Below are positions 1-14,800 of a DNA stretch of 64,000 nucleotides, piece by piece. Source of the DNA: Prorocentrum cordatum (taxonomy: Eukaryota). Where the stretch lies: NCBI GenBank assembly GCA_963575745.1, contig CAUYUJ010000190.1, positions 1 through 64,000 of the forward strand, in the 5' to 3' direction. The notes under the pieces are model-generated. The model searched no databases. It had not been told where the DNA came from and saw nothing but the letters and a program-made list of their open reading frames with translations. The first letter of the stretch is position 1, and the number at the start of each line of letters is the position of its first letter. The translations under genes and the position numbers were made by a program.

Positions 1-29
1 CGAAGTAGTATTAGTAGAGTAGTAGTACA

Positions 30-92
<63 letters not shown>

Positions 93-140
93 TAGTAGTA
101 GTAGTACTAATAGTAGTAGTAAGTCGTAGTAGTAGTAGTA
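1..140. repeat. (TAG)n microsatellite
   Basis: Directly visible. Confidence 0.95.
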
Positions 141-297
141 GGCTAACCGGGGATGTGGCCGGGGCGGCGTGGGGGGGGGTGGGCGCGCGCGGGGGGGCGC
201 GCGGGGGCGCGGGTGTGCGCGCGGGGGCGCGGGTGGGCGCGCGGGGCGCGCGGCGCGCGCGGGGCTCGCGAGGCGCGCGGAGCGCGCGGGGCGTGCA

Positions 298-1120
298 GGG
301 CCTCCTGGGAAACCGTCTTAGGCTTCCTGAGAGGCCTCTTGGGTATCCTGGGAGGCTCCTTGGGCCTCCTGAGAGGCATCTTGGGCATCTCGAGAGGCCT
401 CTTGGGCCTCCTGAAAGACCTCTTGGGCCTCCTGGGAGGCCTCTTGGGCATCCTGGGAGGCCTCTTGGGCCTCCTGTGAGGCCTATTGGGCCTCCTGGGA
501 GGCCTCTTTCTTCCTAAGGCCTGTTTGGGCCTTCTGGGAAGCCCCTTGGGCCTCCTGAAAAGCCTCTTGGGCCTCCTGAGAGGCCTCTGGGGCCTCATCA
601 GAGGCCTTTTTTTCTCGGGCCTCCTGAGAGGCCTCTTGGAGCTCCTGGGGGGTCTCCTGGGAGGCCTTTTCGGCCTTCTGGAAGGCCTCTTGGGCCTCCT
701 GAGAGGCCTACTGGGCCTCCTGAGACGCCTCTTGGGCCTCCAGAGAGGCCTTTTGGGCTTCCTGAGAAGCTTCTTGGGCCTCCTGGGGGGCCTCTTGGGC
801 CTCCTGGGAGGCCTCTTTGGCCTTCTGGGAAGCCTCTTGGGCCTCCTGATAGGCCTCTTGGACCTCCAGAGAAGCCTCTTGGGCCTCCTGAGCGGCCTCT
901 GGGGTCTCCTGAGAGGCCTCTGGGGCCTCCTCAGGGGCCTCTTGGGCCTCCTGTGGGGTTTTCTTGAGCCTCCCGGCAGGCTCCTTGGGCATCCTGAGAG
1001 GCCTCTTTGGACTCCTGAGAGGCCTCTTGGGCCTCCTGAGAGGCCTCTGGGGCCTCCTGGGAGGCGTCTTGGGCCGCCTGACAGGCCTCTAGGGCCTCCT
1101 GGGAAGCCTCCTGGGAGGCC
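298..1120. repeat. 21-bp minisatellite (GGGCCTCCTGAGAGGCCTCTT)n
   Basis: Direct tandem repetition; produces spurious LLG/RPL ORFs. Confidence 0.9.
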
Positions 1121-1134
1121 TGACGACGAGGGCG

Positions 1135-2620
1135 TGATGATTGTGATAGAGGCGGTCGAACGGGGCGAGGGCGTGATGTTGATAATGATGATGCTGATGC
1201 TGATACTGCTGATGATGATGATGATGGTGCTGTTGATGCTTCTGATGATGATGGTGAGTATGATGATGATGATCATGGTGGTGATGATGATGACGATGAT
1301 GATGACGACGACGATGACGACGATGATGGTGGTGGTCATGATGATCATGATGATGATTATGCTGGTGGTGATGCTGGTGCTGATGGTGGTGCTGATGATG
1401 ATGATGACTGGGATGCCGATGCTGCTGCTGGTGATGATGGTGAACATACACCATACATCATCATGCGTCATACAACATTGTACAGACACCATACATGATC
1501 AACCATCATACATCATCAAGCACCATACGCCGTCAAACATCATACATCATGAAACATCATACATCATCAAACTTCATACATCATACAACAACACACGCCA
1601 CCAAACATCATACATCATACATCATAATACACAGCCAAACACCATACATCATAATACATAATCATACATTATCGTACACCATACATCATACATCATAATA
1701 CACCATCAAACACAATACACCATAATACACCACCAAACACCAGACATCATACTAGACCCTCAAACACCGTACATCATACATCATCATACACCATCAAACT
1801 TCATGCATCGTAATGCATTGCACATCACCAAGCATCATACAACACACATCAACCATCACACATCATCAAACATCATACATCATACATCAAGCATCATACA
1901 TCATCAAACATTAAGCATCATCAAACACCAAACACCAAACATCATACATCATCAATCATCAAACATCATACATCGTCAAACATCGAACATCGAACATCAC
2001 ACATCACCAAACACCATACATCATCAAGCATCGAACACGAAAGCTCAAACATCATACATCATCAAACATAAAGCATCAAACATCGCACATCAAACACCGT
2101 ACATCATTAAACATGAAGCACCAAACATCATCACACATCAACAAACATCAAACATCGGACATCACACATCATCAAACATACATCATACATCATCAAGCAT
2201 CAATCATCATACATCAAACGCCAAACATCATTAAACATCATACATCAAACACCAAACATCAATCAACATCATTCAACATCAAACATCAAACACCAAGCAT
2301 CAAACATCATTCAACATCAAACATCACACATCAAACATCATACACCTTTAACCACCATACATCCTACATAAGCAAACACCATACATCAATCATCATACAT
2401 CATCATACAGCATCATACATCATCATGCATCATCATACATCTTCATACATCACCATACATCATCATACATCATCATACACCATCATGCATCATCGTAGAA
2501 CTTCATACATCATCATACACAATCGTACAACATCATGCATCGTCGTACACCATCATACAGCATCATACATCATCATACACTATCATACATCATTAAACAT
2601 CATTATACATCATACATGGA
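1135..2620. repeat. Degenerate (GAT)n followed by (CAT/CATCAAA/CATCATA)n low-complexity tract
   Basis: Directly visible. Confidence 0.9.
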
Positions 2621-2755
2621 ACACCTACACCCACACCCACACCCACACCCACAATCTCCTTGTTTTGTTAGAGCCGTTGGAAACGCGAAACCTCCATCAC
2701 CACCCTTAAGTCGTTTCACGGACGAACTGCCCGGCCACCATCCCCCGGTCAGCCC

Positions 2756-3182
<427 letters not shown>

Positions 3183-5349
3183 GAGTAATCACAGTAATAA
3201 TTTCACGAACAGTATAGAAGATGACCAAATAAGAAGGATGATGAGGAGGGCGAGGACGCGGACGAGGAGGAGGAGGAGGAGGAAACATGAGGAAGCAGGA
3301 GGAGGAGGAAAAAGGAGGAGGAGGAGGAGGAGAGGCAGGAACACCCCCCCCGCACCGGCGCCGCCCAGTCGAGCAGCGATGCCGTCGTGTTCGATGCGCC
3401 CGCCCCCCCCCGCGTGCTGCCCGCGGGAGGGGGAGATGCGCCGCGCGCAGAGGGGGCGTACAGCAGGTTCATGCGGTGATGGCGCGCCGGCGACGCCGGC
3501 GAAGGCGTCCAAGGTCGAATCCTGAGGGATAGAGCGACGCGGAAGCACCGGGGGACATGGTAACGCTATTGGGCCTGACAGCATTCACCCTGGAACGATC
3601 GGGGCCGCGATCGGCTCCAAGACTGCACGATCGACGCGGGGTCGAAAACCTCTGCGCCGACGCCGCGCGAGCCTACCGCACCGACCGACCGACTAGTCGC
3701 TCCGTTTTCTCCGCGGCGCTGGGCCCTCCTCGGCCACTCGGGCTAGTGCTTGCGGGAGGGGCAAACGAGCCACGCGCAGAGGGGGCGTATGCTCAAGGCG
3801 GCATGTCCCTCTACAGGATTCAAGAGTAGTCGAAAAAATGCTCTGGGGACGATTTCCGTTTTTTTGACTATGTTGTATTTTTATTTGATCAATCTTGTTT
3901 TTCTTCCAGAATCCCTCTGTAAGAGGACATGCCCGACCTAAGCGTATACAGGGACCGACCAGCCGACTCGTCGCCCTGCTGGGGGCGCCGCGGGCGGCGG
4001 CCACCCCTCCCTCCCCAGGCGTCGAGGGAGTTCCCGAGGGAGGCCTGGCCGTGAGGCAGGGCGCAGGGCGGGGCACGGCAACTCGCGGAGGGCGTAGGCA
4101 GGGCTCATTTCGATTCCTCCAGTTCGATTCGATTCGATCTCGATGGCCTCCGACTCCGATTCGATTCGACCTCGGATTCCCATTTGGATCCCGATTTCTC
4201 ATCAGAGGCCTACCAACCTGCCGACTTCCGCCGATTCTGCTTCTCCCGACTCGGCTACCGATTTCTGCCGATGCGCTTCATTTCGAGCGCCGATCCGATT
4301 TGTCGATTCGATTCTGGGCTCTCCTGCGTAGGGGGGAGGGGGGAGAGCTTCTTAGGACCACCCCTGCTTCTTCGAAGGCTCGCCATGGGGGAGACGGGTT
4401 CTGAGGTTTTCCACCGCTTTCGGGCTCTCGGGGCCCTCCACCCACGGGCCCCCGGGACTGTCAGGACTCAGGGTGAAGATCTGTTGTTCCTGGGAGGTCT
4501 TGGGGTCCAGGACCCGTTTTCCTCAGGACCCGCTCCTCCCATGCTAAGAGGGCGCGGGCCTTATTTATCGATGTAGGGCCGGTACCGTCTAAGAAGCAGC
4601 CTCCTTCGAAAAAGCCTTCCCCCCTCCCGCTAACCCCTTGCGCGCGCCGCCAAGAAGAGGGCGGCAGCGATGCTGAGGGCCCAGATCCTGGTCACGCTGA
4701 AGCCATATTCGGAGCTTGGAGCAAGCTGGGGGTCCGAGTCGGGGGCGTCCAGTAGGGGGGGTGACGACTAGGGCGGGGGGACGCGTATCATGGCAGGGGC
4801 CATGACGTTTGCCTAGATTTGAAGGCCCTTCTTCGTATGACAATGCGCTTTTTAGCCCCTCCTGATCCGCGTACAGTCGGGGCCCTGAAGAAAGAACTCT
4901 TTTCGTTGGGTAGGGGCTCCGTGTTCCTTAATTGTTTCACAGTTTGCCCTACGTTTTCCTTATGTTTTCGAAGGGAAATCGAAGTTCAACTTCTGGAGAA
5001 AAGGGGCCTCGTTCCTTATTTAGGGTTCCTTAGGTCAACGCCCCGACTGTACATGCCTCGGGCCAGAATTTGCGACCTTCCTCTTGGACGCCCCCCTCTT
5101 AGACGCCCCCCGACTGGGGTGGCCCAGAATCGGCTCCGACCAGCAGGAAGGGGGGAGAGCTTCGAGGCTCTGGGTTCGAGACGTTTTTCCCCAAACTCTC
5201 CTGCGTATTGGGTCCTCGTTTTGGATCCGCAGCTCCGCCCTCCACACGTCCCTCCTCCTCCTCCTCCTCCTTCTCCTGCTCCTCCTCCTTTCCTCCTCCT
5301 CTCCTCCCCCTCATCTTCGTCCTCCTCCATCCACCCCTTCCCACTTCCC

Positions 5350-5975
5350 ATCATCATCATCATCAGCAGCAGCAGCATCATCATCACCGTCGTCGTCATC
5401 ATCATCGTCATCATTGTCATCAGCATCAGCATCATCAGCATCATTGTCATCATTCTCATCATCATCATCATCATCGTCATCATCATCATTATCATCATCT
5501 CCATCATCACCTCAATCATCGTCGCCATCACCAGCGCACCATCATCACCGTCACCACCATCATTATCATCATCGTCTCCTCACCCTTGGCATCATCATCG
5601 CTATAGTCATCATCGTCATCATCGTCGTCTTTAGACTCATCCATCTTCATACTCTTTCTCATCATCATCATCATCACCAATCTTCATCTTCATCTTCTTC
5701 ATCTTCATCTTCATCTTCATCTTCATCTTCATCTTCATCTTCATCTTCATCTTCATCTTCATCTTCATCTTCATCTTCATCTTCATCTTCATCTTCATCT
5801 TCATCTTCATCTTCATCTTCATCTTCATCTTCTTCATCTTCATCTTCATCTTCATCTTCATCTTCATCTTCATCTTCATCTTCATCTTCATCTTCATCTT
5901 CATCTTCATCTTCATCAGCATCATCATCAACATCATCATCATCATCATAATCATCGTCATCATCATCATTCTCAT
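5350..5975. repeat. (CAT)n and (CTTCAT)n microsatellites
   Basis: Directly visible. Confidence 0.95.
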
Positions 5976-5984
5976 TACTATTTC

Positions 5985-6625
5985 GGCGCAACCCTCACAC
6001 GTTTCGTGGCCCCATAGGGAGCTCCACCGAAGGCTCCAGTGGCAGGGTCCGCATACGTACTCGGGTCCACTTCGGCACACCCCTTACGTTTCGTGGCACC
6101 CCAGGGAGCTCCACCGAAGGCCCCAGTGGCACAGTCAGCATGGTTACCCGCGCCATTCCGGCACACCCATGACACGCTTCGGGGCGCCCCAGGGAGCTCC
6201 GCCGAAGGCCCCAGTGGCACAGTCCGAATAGTTACCCGCGCCAGTTTGGCACACACTCACACGCTTCGTGGCGCCCCAGGGAGCTCCGCCGAAGGCCCCA
6301 GTGGCACAGTCCGAGAAGTTCCCGCGCCAGTTTGGCACACACATTCACACGTTTTGTGGCCCCATAGGGAGCTCCACCAGAGGCCTCAGCGACAAAGGCC
6401 GTACGTATGGTTAGCCGCTCCAGTTTGGCACACCCTTCACTCGCTTCGTGGCCCCATAGGGAGCTCCACCGACGGCCCCAACAGTCCGCATGGTCACCCT
6501 CGCCATTTCTCGGCCCGCCCCTCACACGTTTCGTGGCCCCAGGCTCCACAGAACGCCCCAGTGGGAGGGTCCGCGTGGCGTCCTCGGGCCATGCCGGCAC
6601 ACCACTGACGCGTTTCGTGGCCGTC
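5985..6625 (+). repeat. ~87-bp tandem repeat, 7-8 diverged units; reverse-strand relatives at ~35600-35845 and ~38740-38870
   Basis: cgtttcgtggcccc..gggagctcc.ccgaaggccccagtggc recurs at ~5997, 6083, 6172, 6259, 6347, 6440, 6524 and 6608. Confidence 0.85.
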
Positions 6626-7089
6626 CTCGTGTCCAATATGAGTCGTGAGAGTGCGTGCGTGAGTGGGTGAGGGGGGGCGTAGTCTGACGTTGTTTGGCGA
6701 CGCGTTTCAGGGTTGCTGCAGGTCCTTCAAGGTGTTTTCGTGTAGCCCGGAGAAGCAATTCAGAACCCCCCGCCCCTCTCCGGCGAAAGTATCAACGCTC
6801 CAGCACCCTAGAAGCGTTACCCTGGCACCTCGCAACCTGCTTTGAACGCAGACGAGTCTGCCCGCTGAAACAAGGAAGCCGCCTGAAACATTCTCGCAAT
6901 TTGGCCTCCGTGTGGTTCTGAGACAAGCGGCAGTAGCACGAGTCAGGAGGGGAATAGGAATATCTAGGGATCCTACATATTCCAATTGGGATACCGCCCG
7001 AGCCAAGGCGCGGGATTTTTCCCCAATCAGAGCTTGCCTCTGTAGGAGTCCAAGCGGATTAAAGGGTTAGGTGAGAGGTGCGGTCGATT

Positions 7090-7475
7090 TCCCGGGCCCG
7101 GGTGCCCGGGTGCCCGGGTGCCCCGCGGTGCCCGGGTGCCTGGGTGGCCGGTGAGGTTCGTCGCCGATTTCGGTGGCCGGGCCCAGGTGCCCGGGTGCCC
7201 AGGGGTGCCCGGGGGTGCCGAATAGCCCAATAGCACAATAGCCCAGTAGCCCTATAGCCCTATAGCCCTATAGCCCTACAGCCGTATAGCCCTCTAGCCC
7301 TCCAGCCCTCTAGCCTAATATCCCTATAGCCCTAATAGCCTTACATCCCTATAGCCCTATAGCCCTATAGCCCTATAGCCCGATAGCCCTATAGCCCTAT
7401 AGCCCGATTGCCCGATAGCCCTATAGCCCGATAGCCCTATAGCCCTATTGCCCTATAGCCCGCCCTGTAGCCCGA
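7090..7475. repeat. (GCCCGGGT)n followed by (ATAGCCCT)n minisatellites
   Basis: Directly visible. Confidence 0.9.
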
Positions 7476-8607
7476 TTACAAAGGGAACAATTGGATATCA
7501 AATAATATGATTGGGTTTTTTCTCCGGTATCATTTCATTTTCCTTTATTTTGCACGGTGCTAAAGATATCGTTCCCCGAAAACCGCCCCCAGGAATTATT
7601 CTATTACGGTGCGGTGCTAACGATAGCCCCGGGGGGCTTATCGCGGTTATTAAGTGGTCCCGTTTATAGTCGCCCCGTGTTTAAATTGGGGTTGGGTTCT
7701 TCGTCGGGCTTTTTCTGTGTTTGTATGCATGCGTATATATATATAATAAAAATAAAGATCGGGCTCTTAGGACCGTTTCGGGCCCCGTGACCGTCAAAAA
7801 CGGATCCCGGGTTAAAAAGTGCACTGGGAGGGCCCTGGGAGGGGTCTGGGGATTGAATCTTGGTGGCTTTGGCTTGATACCCCCTCCTGAACGATTCTCT
7901 CGGGGCCCCATCCAACTCAGACCCCCCGGCCGCCTCCAAGCTGGAGCTAGAGTTTGCTTGGGTTTGCTGGACAAGCAGTGGCCACGTGAGTGGAGGAGGA
8001 GGAGGAGGAGGGGGAGGAGGAGGAGGAGGAGGAGGAGGAGGAGGGAGGGGAGGGAGGGGGAGGGGAGGGGGAAGGGGGAGGGGGAGGGGGAGGTGCCCGA
8101 CAGCCCACCCCGCTCAGGACCGCATGATTTCGCCGTCGTGGGCCTATCGCCGATCCATCGGCGATGCATCGCCGATTCCAGGTTGAGGTTTCCCCCCTGA
8201 GCGGGTGCCACCTCATTTTTGCCCTTCATTGACGGCTCAAAGTGGTGCTCCCTCATGTGGTGTTCTAGTTCTAAGCGCTGGAGCTGATATTTCGTCTGAT
8301 GCGTGACTCAGAGTACATACAACCTGCAGTTTGTTGGATGCGCCTTTGCATCTGTTGGGACATACCGCTGGACCAGTGATTACCATACTTGGTCTGGCTG
8401 ACTTCAGCCAAGGACAAAACAGATTTATCATGACTGTTTCTGTTGCACGCTTCAAGGGAAGGGCCATGAACCATGCAGGCGAGGACATCAGGCATGCGAT
8501 CGAGGGGCACAAGTGGTAAGGACGTGGGTGGGTCTTTGCCCGAGCCCATGCGTTTTTTGCCATCGCTGGGACAAGCATCTCGCGCTGATGTATTGTGCGG
8601 CGCGCAG

Positions 8608-8677
8608 GGACAGTTCAGTCACGACAAGATGGACGGCAAGGGGACTTACAATTTCGCCGATGGCCGCTCGTACAACG
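8608..8677 (+). CDS. MORN-repeat protein, first exon visible in window (GQFSHDKMDGKGTYNFADGRSYN+G)
   Basis: Reads as a MORN consensus (G-x-F-x-x-D-K-M-x-G-x-G-x-Y-x-F-x-D-G-x-x-Y). Acceptor cag|G at 8605-8607 and GA donor at 8678; joins in phase 1 to the 21655 exon to give YNGEW. Confidence 0.85.
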
Positions 8678-9229
8678 GAGGGGTGCAGGAGGTTGGGCCG
8701 TTGCAAGAGAAACGTGTCAACTCGCTGGAAGAGAATCTTGGGAGGGAAGGAGTTGACCAAACATTGATCTCCCGCGATCGTGCGATTGTGTGGTCACGGC
8801 GATCCTCCCGCTTGGATAATTCATACCGCCGCCAGCTGCAAGAGGATGCATAGGAGGAGGCGGAGGCGGAGGAGGAGGAGGAGTAGGAAACGGAGGAGGA
8901 AGAGGAGGAAGAGGAGGAAGAGGCAGGCAGCGATGCGCGGAAGGAGCAGGGATTGAGGGAGAGCAGGGAGGAAATGAGGGTGAGAGGGAGAGAGGCGAGC
9001 AGGGATTGAGAATAAAAGAGGAGGGGATGAGGCAGGATTGCGGAAATGGGAAATTCGAGATATAGGTAGCCAGACTGTCCCATGTAGTTGTACGCGTTGT
9101 GTCTAAGGTTTTGGTATGGGTGTGTATGTACATACAAATTTTAGCCAGCGTTGATTCCAAACAGTGTGTTTCTAGCAATCCATGTTGTGCAATCACTGTG
9201 GAACAATCTAGGTGGTGCAATGAATTGTG

Positions 9230-11652
9230 AAAACCATGGGGTGTCAACTCCGCTGCTCGCGCAATCATCCCACCCACCCGCCTGCAAGTTGGTTCGCAAA
9301 ACCCATGCGGTGGCGATTGCGATGAGTGCTTGGTGTTGGCTTGTGCATCTCTGCGGCCGCGCTAGCCCGCGCATTCTGGCGCAGCGGCCAGCTAAGTTGG
9401 CGCGACCGACGCGGCTTCGTCGGCGCTGGCAGCTGGGCACTTCCCAGCGGGCATTTCAGTGCGAGTCCGTGACTCGACTGGGCGCGGTATCACGGCGACG
9501 TCGGCAACGGTAGACACGACGATGATCGTAGCGGTGATGGTGACGATGGTGACGATGACGACGGCAAGGCCAATGACGGTGGCGATGGTGTGTCCACGCC
9601 GATGCCGGCAACGGTGCCCCCGCGCGTTTGGCCGACTTTGGTGAACGTGTTGAAGAGCCCATGATTGCTTCAAGAAGGCGCAAGCGCGTGCCGTTTTTGG
9701 TGTATATATGTGAAACACAGAGCAGCTGTCGTTGCAACACCATGTGTTTTTGTCCAGCATGTTTTCGAGGTACTCTGTTTTGACAGCCCTACGACGCCCA
9801 GGGTTTTTGGATGCTTTCGGCATGCGCGCGCGACGGCGCGCGCGTGTTCACTTCGTTGTTTTATTTGTGCAATGGATCTTGCGACAGCACGCGCGCAAGG
9901 ACGCTCGAATGATTATTGCATGCGCGCGCGGGGTACGTTTGGTAGCATTTTATGGACATGTGGAAAACGGATGGTCCTCTTGAGAATCACAAGAGGGCAA
10001 ACGCATTTGTTTGCACAAGCTGTGTTGCGAAGTCATTTGTTCTTGAACACTTTTTTGTCATATGGGGTGGTGGTAGGGCCACCCGCAAGGGCACGATGCT
10101 CGCGGCCATCGGCATCAGCTTCTGAGATCAACCGCAGCGGCCTCCGCCGTTGCGCCTGCCTTAGGCTCCTGCTGCCATGGCCCGGCCGGCAGGGAAGCGC
10201 CGGCGGGGCCTTACATTCCACCCCTTTCTCCTCCGCTCGCTTTCCCCTCTCTGTGCGTCTGCGTCTACTTCGCCCCTGTTCGGCCCTGTGCATGCCCTGG
10301 GGGCCTGGCTCGGAGTGCCATGGGCGGCCACTGCTCTGCGCCTCCCCTTTGTTGCCTCCCTCCTCTGTCTGTATTTCCTTGCGTCGTTTTTTTGGGGCCG
10401 CCCAGCCCCTGCTCGGCAGGGTTCGGGTTGGCATCGCGGCGCACGCCCTGCCAGAACCAGTTTTACTGTTCAATGCTTTCGCTGCCCCAGGCCTTCTAGA
10501 TTATTCGTGTGGGACCCAGTGCGAACACCGACTACAGGTCGGTTTGCGCACGCGCGAGTTCTTCCCCTTCTCCCCTCCCCGCCTCCTCCGCCTTCTCCGC
10601 CGTCTGCCTCCTCCTCCCCCTCTTTGTTTTTGCAGGTGGGTCCGAGGCTTTGCTTAGGATCCTGTGTCCGTCCCCTAGCGGGGTCGGGACTGCCCGCCCC
10701 CTCTTTCTTCTCCCTCTTTGCTTCCTCCTCTCCCCGTGCTTTTTCTTCTCTTGTCCTCCTCTTTCTCTGTCTGCTTGTTGCTTGTTGTGTGTGATTTATT
10801 GGTTTGGCCGTTTGGGCCATTCGGTAGGGTTGGGCGCGCAACTCCCTTCCAAGCTCGGGCGTGATACGGCTTTGTGCGAATTCGTATCTCCTCTCTCCCC
10901 CTCTCGTCTCCTCTTCCTCCTGTGGGGCGGGTGCTCGTACTCCGTAGCGTTTGTCAGTTTGATGTCTCGACGTGTGGGCGCAGAAATTTGCAGTCCAATT
11001 CGTTCTCGCTGGCGCGGTGCCTTCTGGCTTCCGGGTTTGTGCCCCCGGAGCTGCGCCGACCCGGGCCAGGTAGGTAGTTCGTTGGTCATCGGCTGCGCGC
11101 GGGAAAAAATGTTTTCGGGGCGCCCGATTCTGAAATCAGCAGGGCGCCCGAAATTTCTGACAGCCTGGCATGCGCGCGACGACGCGAGCGTCTGCACTTC
11201 GTCCCGTTTTTTTTTCTTGTTGATATTTTGTTTGTTTTATCGCTGCGGGATTTCCGACAACGATAAACGAGTGTGCGCGCCGTTTTTTTGCAGGGGGTGC
11301 GGGGGTGAAGAGGGGTGGGTGGATGGGGTGGGGTGGGGTGGGGGTGGGGGGTAAAAGGGGTTGCCTGAGATCGCATGAGTTCAGCATTCGGGGATAACCA
11401 TAAGCACATAACAATGCAAAACAGCGCGCCGTTAAATCGAATGGGGGGGATATCTTCGTGCCGTTTTAGCAGAGGGTATACGTTGTGATGTCTATGTTGT
11501 GCATCTGTGTAATATATGGGGCGCACTATTAATGGGGCAATCGATGTGGTGCAACCCGTGTGGTGCTATCTCTGTTGTGCATTTTTGTTTGTGCCATCTA
11601 CGCTGTGCAATATATGTTGACACACATAAATACATAGATGTATGTATGTATG

Positions 11653-11693
<41 letters not shown>

Positions 11694-11700
11694 TTATGTT

Positions 11701-11745
<45 letters not shown>

Positions 11746-11779
11746 ATGTATATGTATGTGTATGTGTATATGTATATGC

Positions 11780-11817
<38 letters not shown>

Positions 11818-14800
11818 GTATGTATGTATACATATATATATATATATATTGAAATCCATTTGGTGTTCCATTTCTGCGGCGCAATCGACGCGGCGCACTC
11901 TATCAATATGGGTTGTGCACTCTATGTTGCGCAGCATAGGCGGGGCACTCTATGTGGGGCAGCTCCGTGTTCGGAAAATCTATGGCGCGCAATCTGTATG
12001 GGTGCCCGCTACGTTGCGCCATCTCTATTTGCATGTGTATATGCTTGTGTGTATACATATATGTATAAATATATAGTACACATGCAGGTATTCTGTGGAG
12101 TCTACGTTGCGTAGTTTATGTTGTGTCAACGATGCGATACAACATGTGTGGCGTGTTCTTTGTGGTGCACGCATATCTGGCGCAATTCATTTTGAACTTG
12201 GAGTAGTCAGCTCCATCGATCGCGAAATCACCCAGCCCGCCCGCAATTAGGTTTGCAAAATCCATGCGGCGAAGATCGCCATGATTCCATAGCGCTGGCT
12301 GGCGCGTCGCCGCGGTTGCGCCGGCGCGCGCAGTCTCGCGCGAAATTCGCGCGACGTGTGATTGGCCAGACTGGCGCGACCGACGCGGTGGCCGTGGCGA
12401 TGACCGTCGGGGACCAGCTCGACATGCAGGCCGCGCCAACGCGCGGGCATTTCAGTGCGAGTCGGTGGCCCAGGCAGGCGCGGCATCACGGCCACGTGCG
12501 CTGATGGTCGTAGCGGTGCTGGTGACGAGGAGGGCGACTGCGACAGCAAGGCCAATGACTGCGCCGATGGCTATCACGCCGGGGGCGATTCTTGTGTCCG
12601 CGTGTCGGCGATGAAGGCTATGCGGGGATTTCGGCATGCGCGCGCGGCCGACGGGTGCGAGTGGCCCGCGCGGTATGGTTTGACGGGGGTCGCCCCCCCC
12701 CCCCCCCCCTCCTCCGCGCTAAGCGCGCAAGGTCGTCCGGGTGATTTCGAGATGCTGGCGCGAGAGGCCCGCTTGAGTGCATTTGATGAACATAATCACG
12801 TTGCGCAGACATTGGCTCTGGTTGATTTTATAGGTGCCCAGGGGCCTTGGTCTTGCAAGTATTGCGAAAACTAGTGTGTCGGAAGGAAGTTGGCGCGCTC
12901 ACGCGACGACGCGCTCGCGTGGACTTCGTGTATTTTGGCAGTGCAAAGGGTTCTTGGATATGGGAGATTTGGGATGCGCGAGCGCGCGCGAAATGTTATT
13001 CGTCGGGGGGCGGGGGCGGGGGGGCGAGACTGGCTTGGCTGAGATAGTATGCTTCCATATGGATGGGCGACGGGGCATAATTGCACGTGAGTTGCGCATC
13101 TTCAGGAGGGCGGTGGAATCCCGGGTGGGAGTGGGGGGTGGTGGGGGTAGGACCTTTATGTGTGCGATTAATTTTTGTTTGCAGTGAGTTGTCGACTCCG
13201 CGCGATCGCCCTTCCCGCCCGCCCTCAACTTGGCTTGCAGAGCCCATGCGGCGGCGATTGCGATGATTGCTTGGCGTTGGCTGGTGCGTCTCTGCGGCCG
13301 TGCTGGCCCGCGAGTGCTCCCACGCGCAGCGGCCAGCTAGTATGGGCTTCCGACGCGGCCGCGGTGGCGCTGGCCGCTTGGCGTGTCCCAGCGGCAGCGG
13401 GCACTTCAGCGCGAATCGGTGACTCTGGCGGGCGCGGTATCGTGGCAGCGTCGACGACGGTAGACGCGATGATGTGAATCCTGGTGCTGGTGGCGATGCT
13501 GGGAGCGACGAGGGTAAATGCAGTGATGGTGCCGATGGTGATCGCGCCGGCGACGAGGACGGCGTCTTTGCGTCTGCGATGGGGGTTTTGGAGGGATTTC
13601 GCCATGCGCGCGCGGCCGACGCCGCGCGAGAGTGGCCCGCGCGGTTGCGCGCGACACCCCCCCCAGCCGCGCGCGCGCAAGGGCGTGCGAATGATTTCGC
13701 CATGCTTCGCGGGAGGCCCCTTTGGCAACATTGGATGAACGCGTTGGAAACACCATGGTTCCCCCGAGAGTTGGCAAGAGCGCGAGTGCGGGCTTCTGAT
13801 GAATGCCGATGCTGCAAAGACGTCCGGGGCATTTCTTCATGTAGGAAACATCTCTTCGAATGGAGGACTCTCTGCGGAACCTGGCGCTTTGACGGATGTC
13901 GACGTGCGCGCGCGACGACGAGCGCGCGTGCTCCTCGCCCCGCTGGTTGCAGGGGAGTCTGGCGACGGCGCGCGCGAGAGGGCGTTCGAGCGATGTCGTT
14001 GTGCGCGCGCGAGAGGTGTAACGCGTGTTGTGCAATCTATGTGGCGCAACTGATTTTAACAAACGAGTTGGTTTATCCCATGCTCTTGCGCGCGTCCCAC
14101 CCGCGCGCCCGCCGCTTGATTTGCAGAACCGTCGCAGTGACGATTGCAATGGGTGCTCGGCGTCGGCCAGTGCATCTCGGCGGCCGCGCCGACCCATGCG
14201 CGCGCGCAGCGGCCAGCTTGTTTGGCGCGACCGACGCGGCCGCGGTGGCGCTGCCCGCTGGGCGCGTCGCGGCAGTGCGAGTCGGCGACTTGGGCGAGCG
14301 CGGCGTCGTGGCAGCGTCGACAGCGGTAGACGCGATGACAATAGTCACGATGCTGGTGGCGATGTTGACGACGACGGCGCGGCCAGCGCGGGCGCCGATG
14401 CTGATCGCGCCGGCGACGAGGACGGCGCCCTCGCGTCGGCGATGGAGGTTCTGGAAAGAATTCGACATGCACGCGCGGCCGACGCGCGAGAGCGACCTGC
14501 GCGTCTAATTTGACGCGGATCGTGTTCCCCCAGCACGCGCGCTAGGGCGCGCGAGTGATTTCGGCATGCGGCGCGGGGGGCCCCATTTGGCATAATTGCA
14601 TGCCAATGTTGGAAAACCAGGCTGGTTTTCGCAAGAATTCGCAGGTGCGCGAGTGCATTTGTAAATGCTTGAATCGTATTTTATTCAGCGCATTTCCGAC
14701 GACGAACTTGATGACACGAAACCGTATGTTTATGTTTTTAAGGGCACTTGGTTTTGGCATCTTTGCGACATCGAAGTTTTTTGACGGGTTTCGGCGCGCG

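Noticed and set aside
5985..6625. Regularly spaced repeats resembling CRISPR
   Set aside because: The whole 87-bp unit is homologous between copies, so there are no unique spacers.
7240..7475. Telomere-like (TAGCCCTA)n
   Set aside because: It is not TTTAGGG or TTAGGG; it is an internal 8-bp minisatellite.
8357..8395. GTYRWTSDYHTW as a possible extra MORN exon
   Set aside because: It lacks the DG..Y.G continuation and convincing splice sites.
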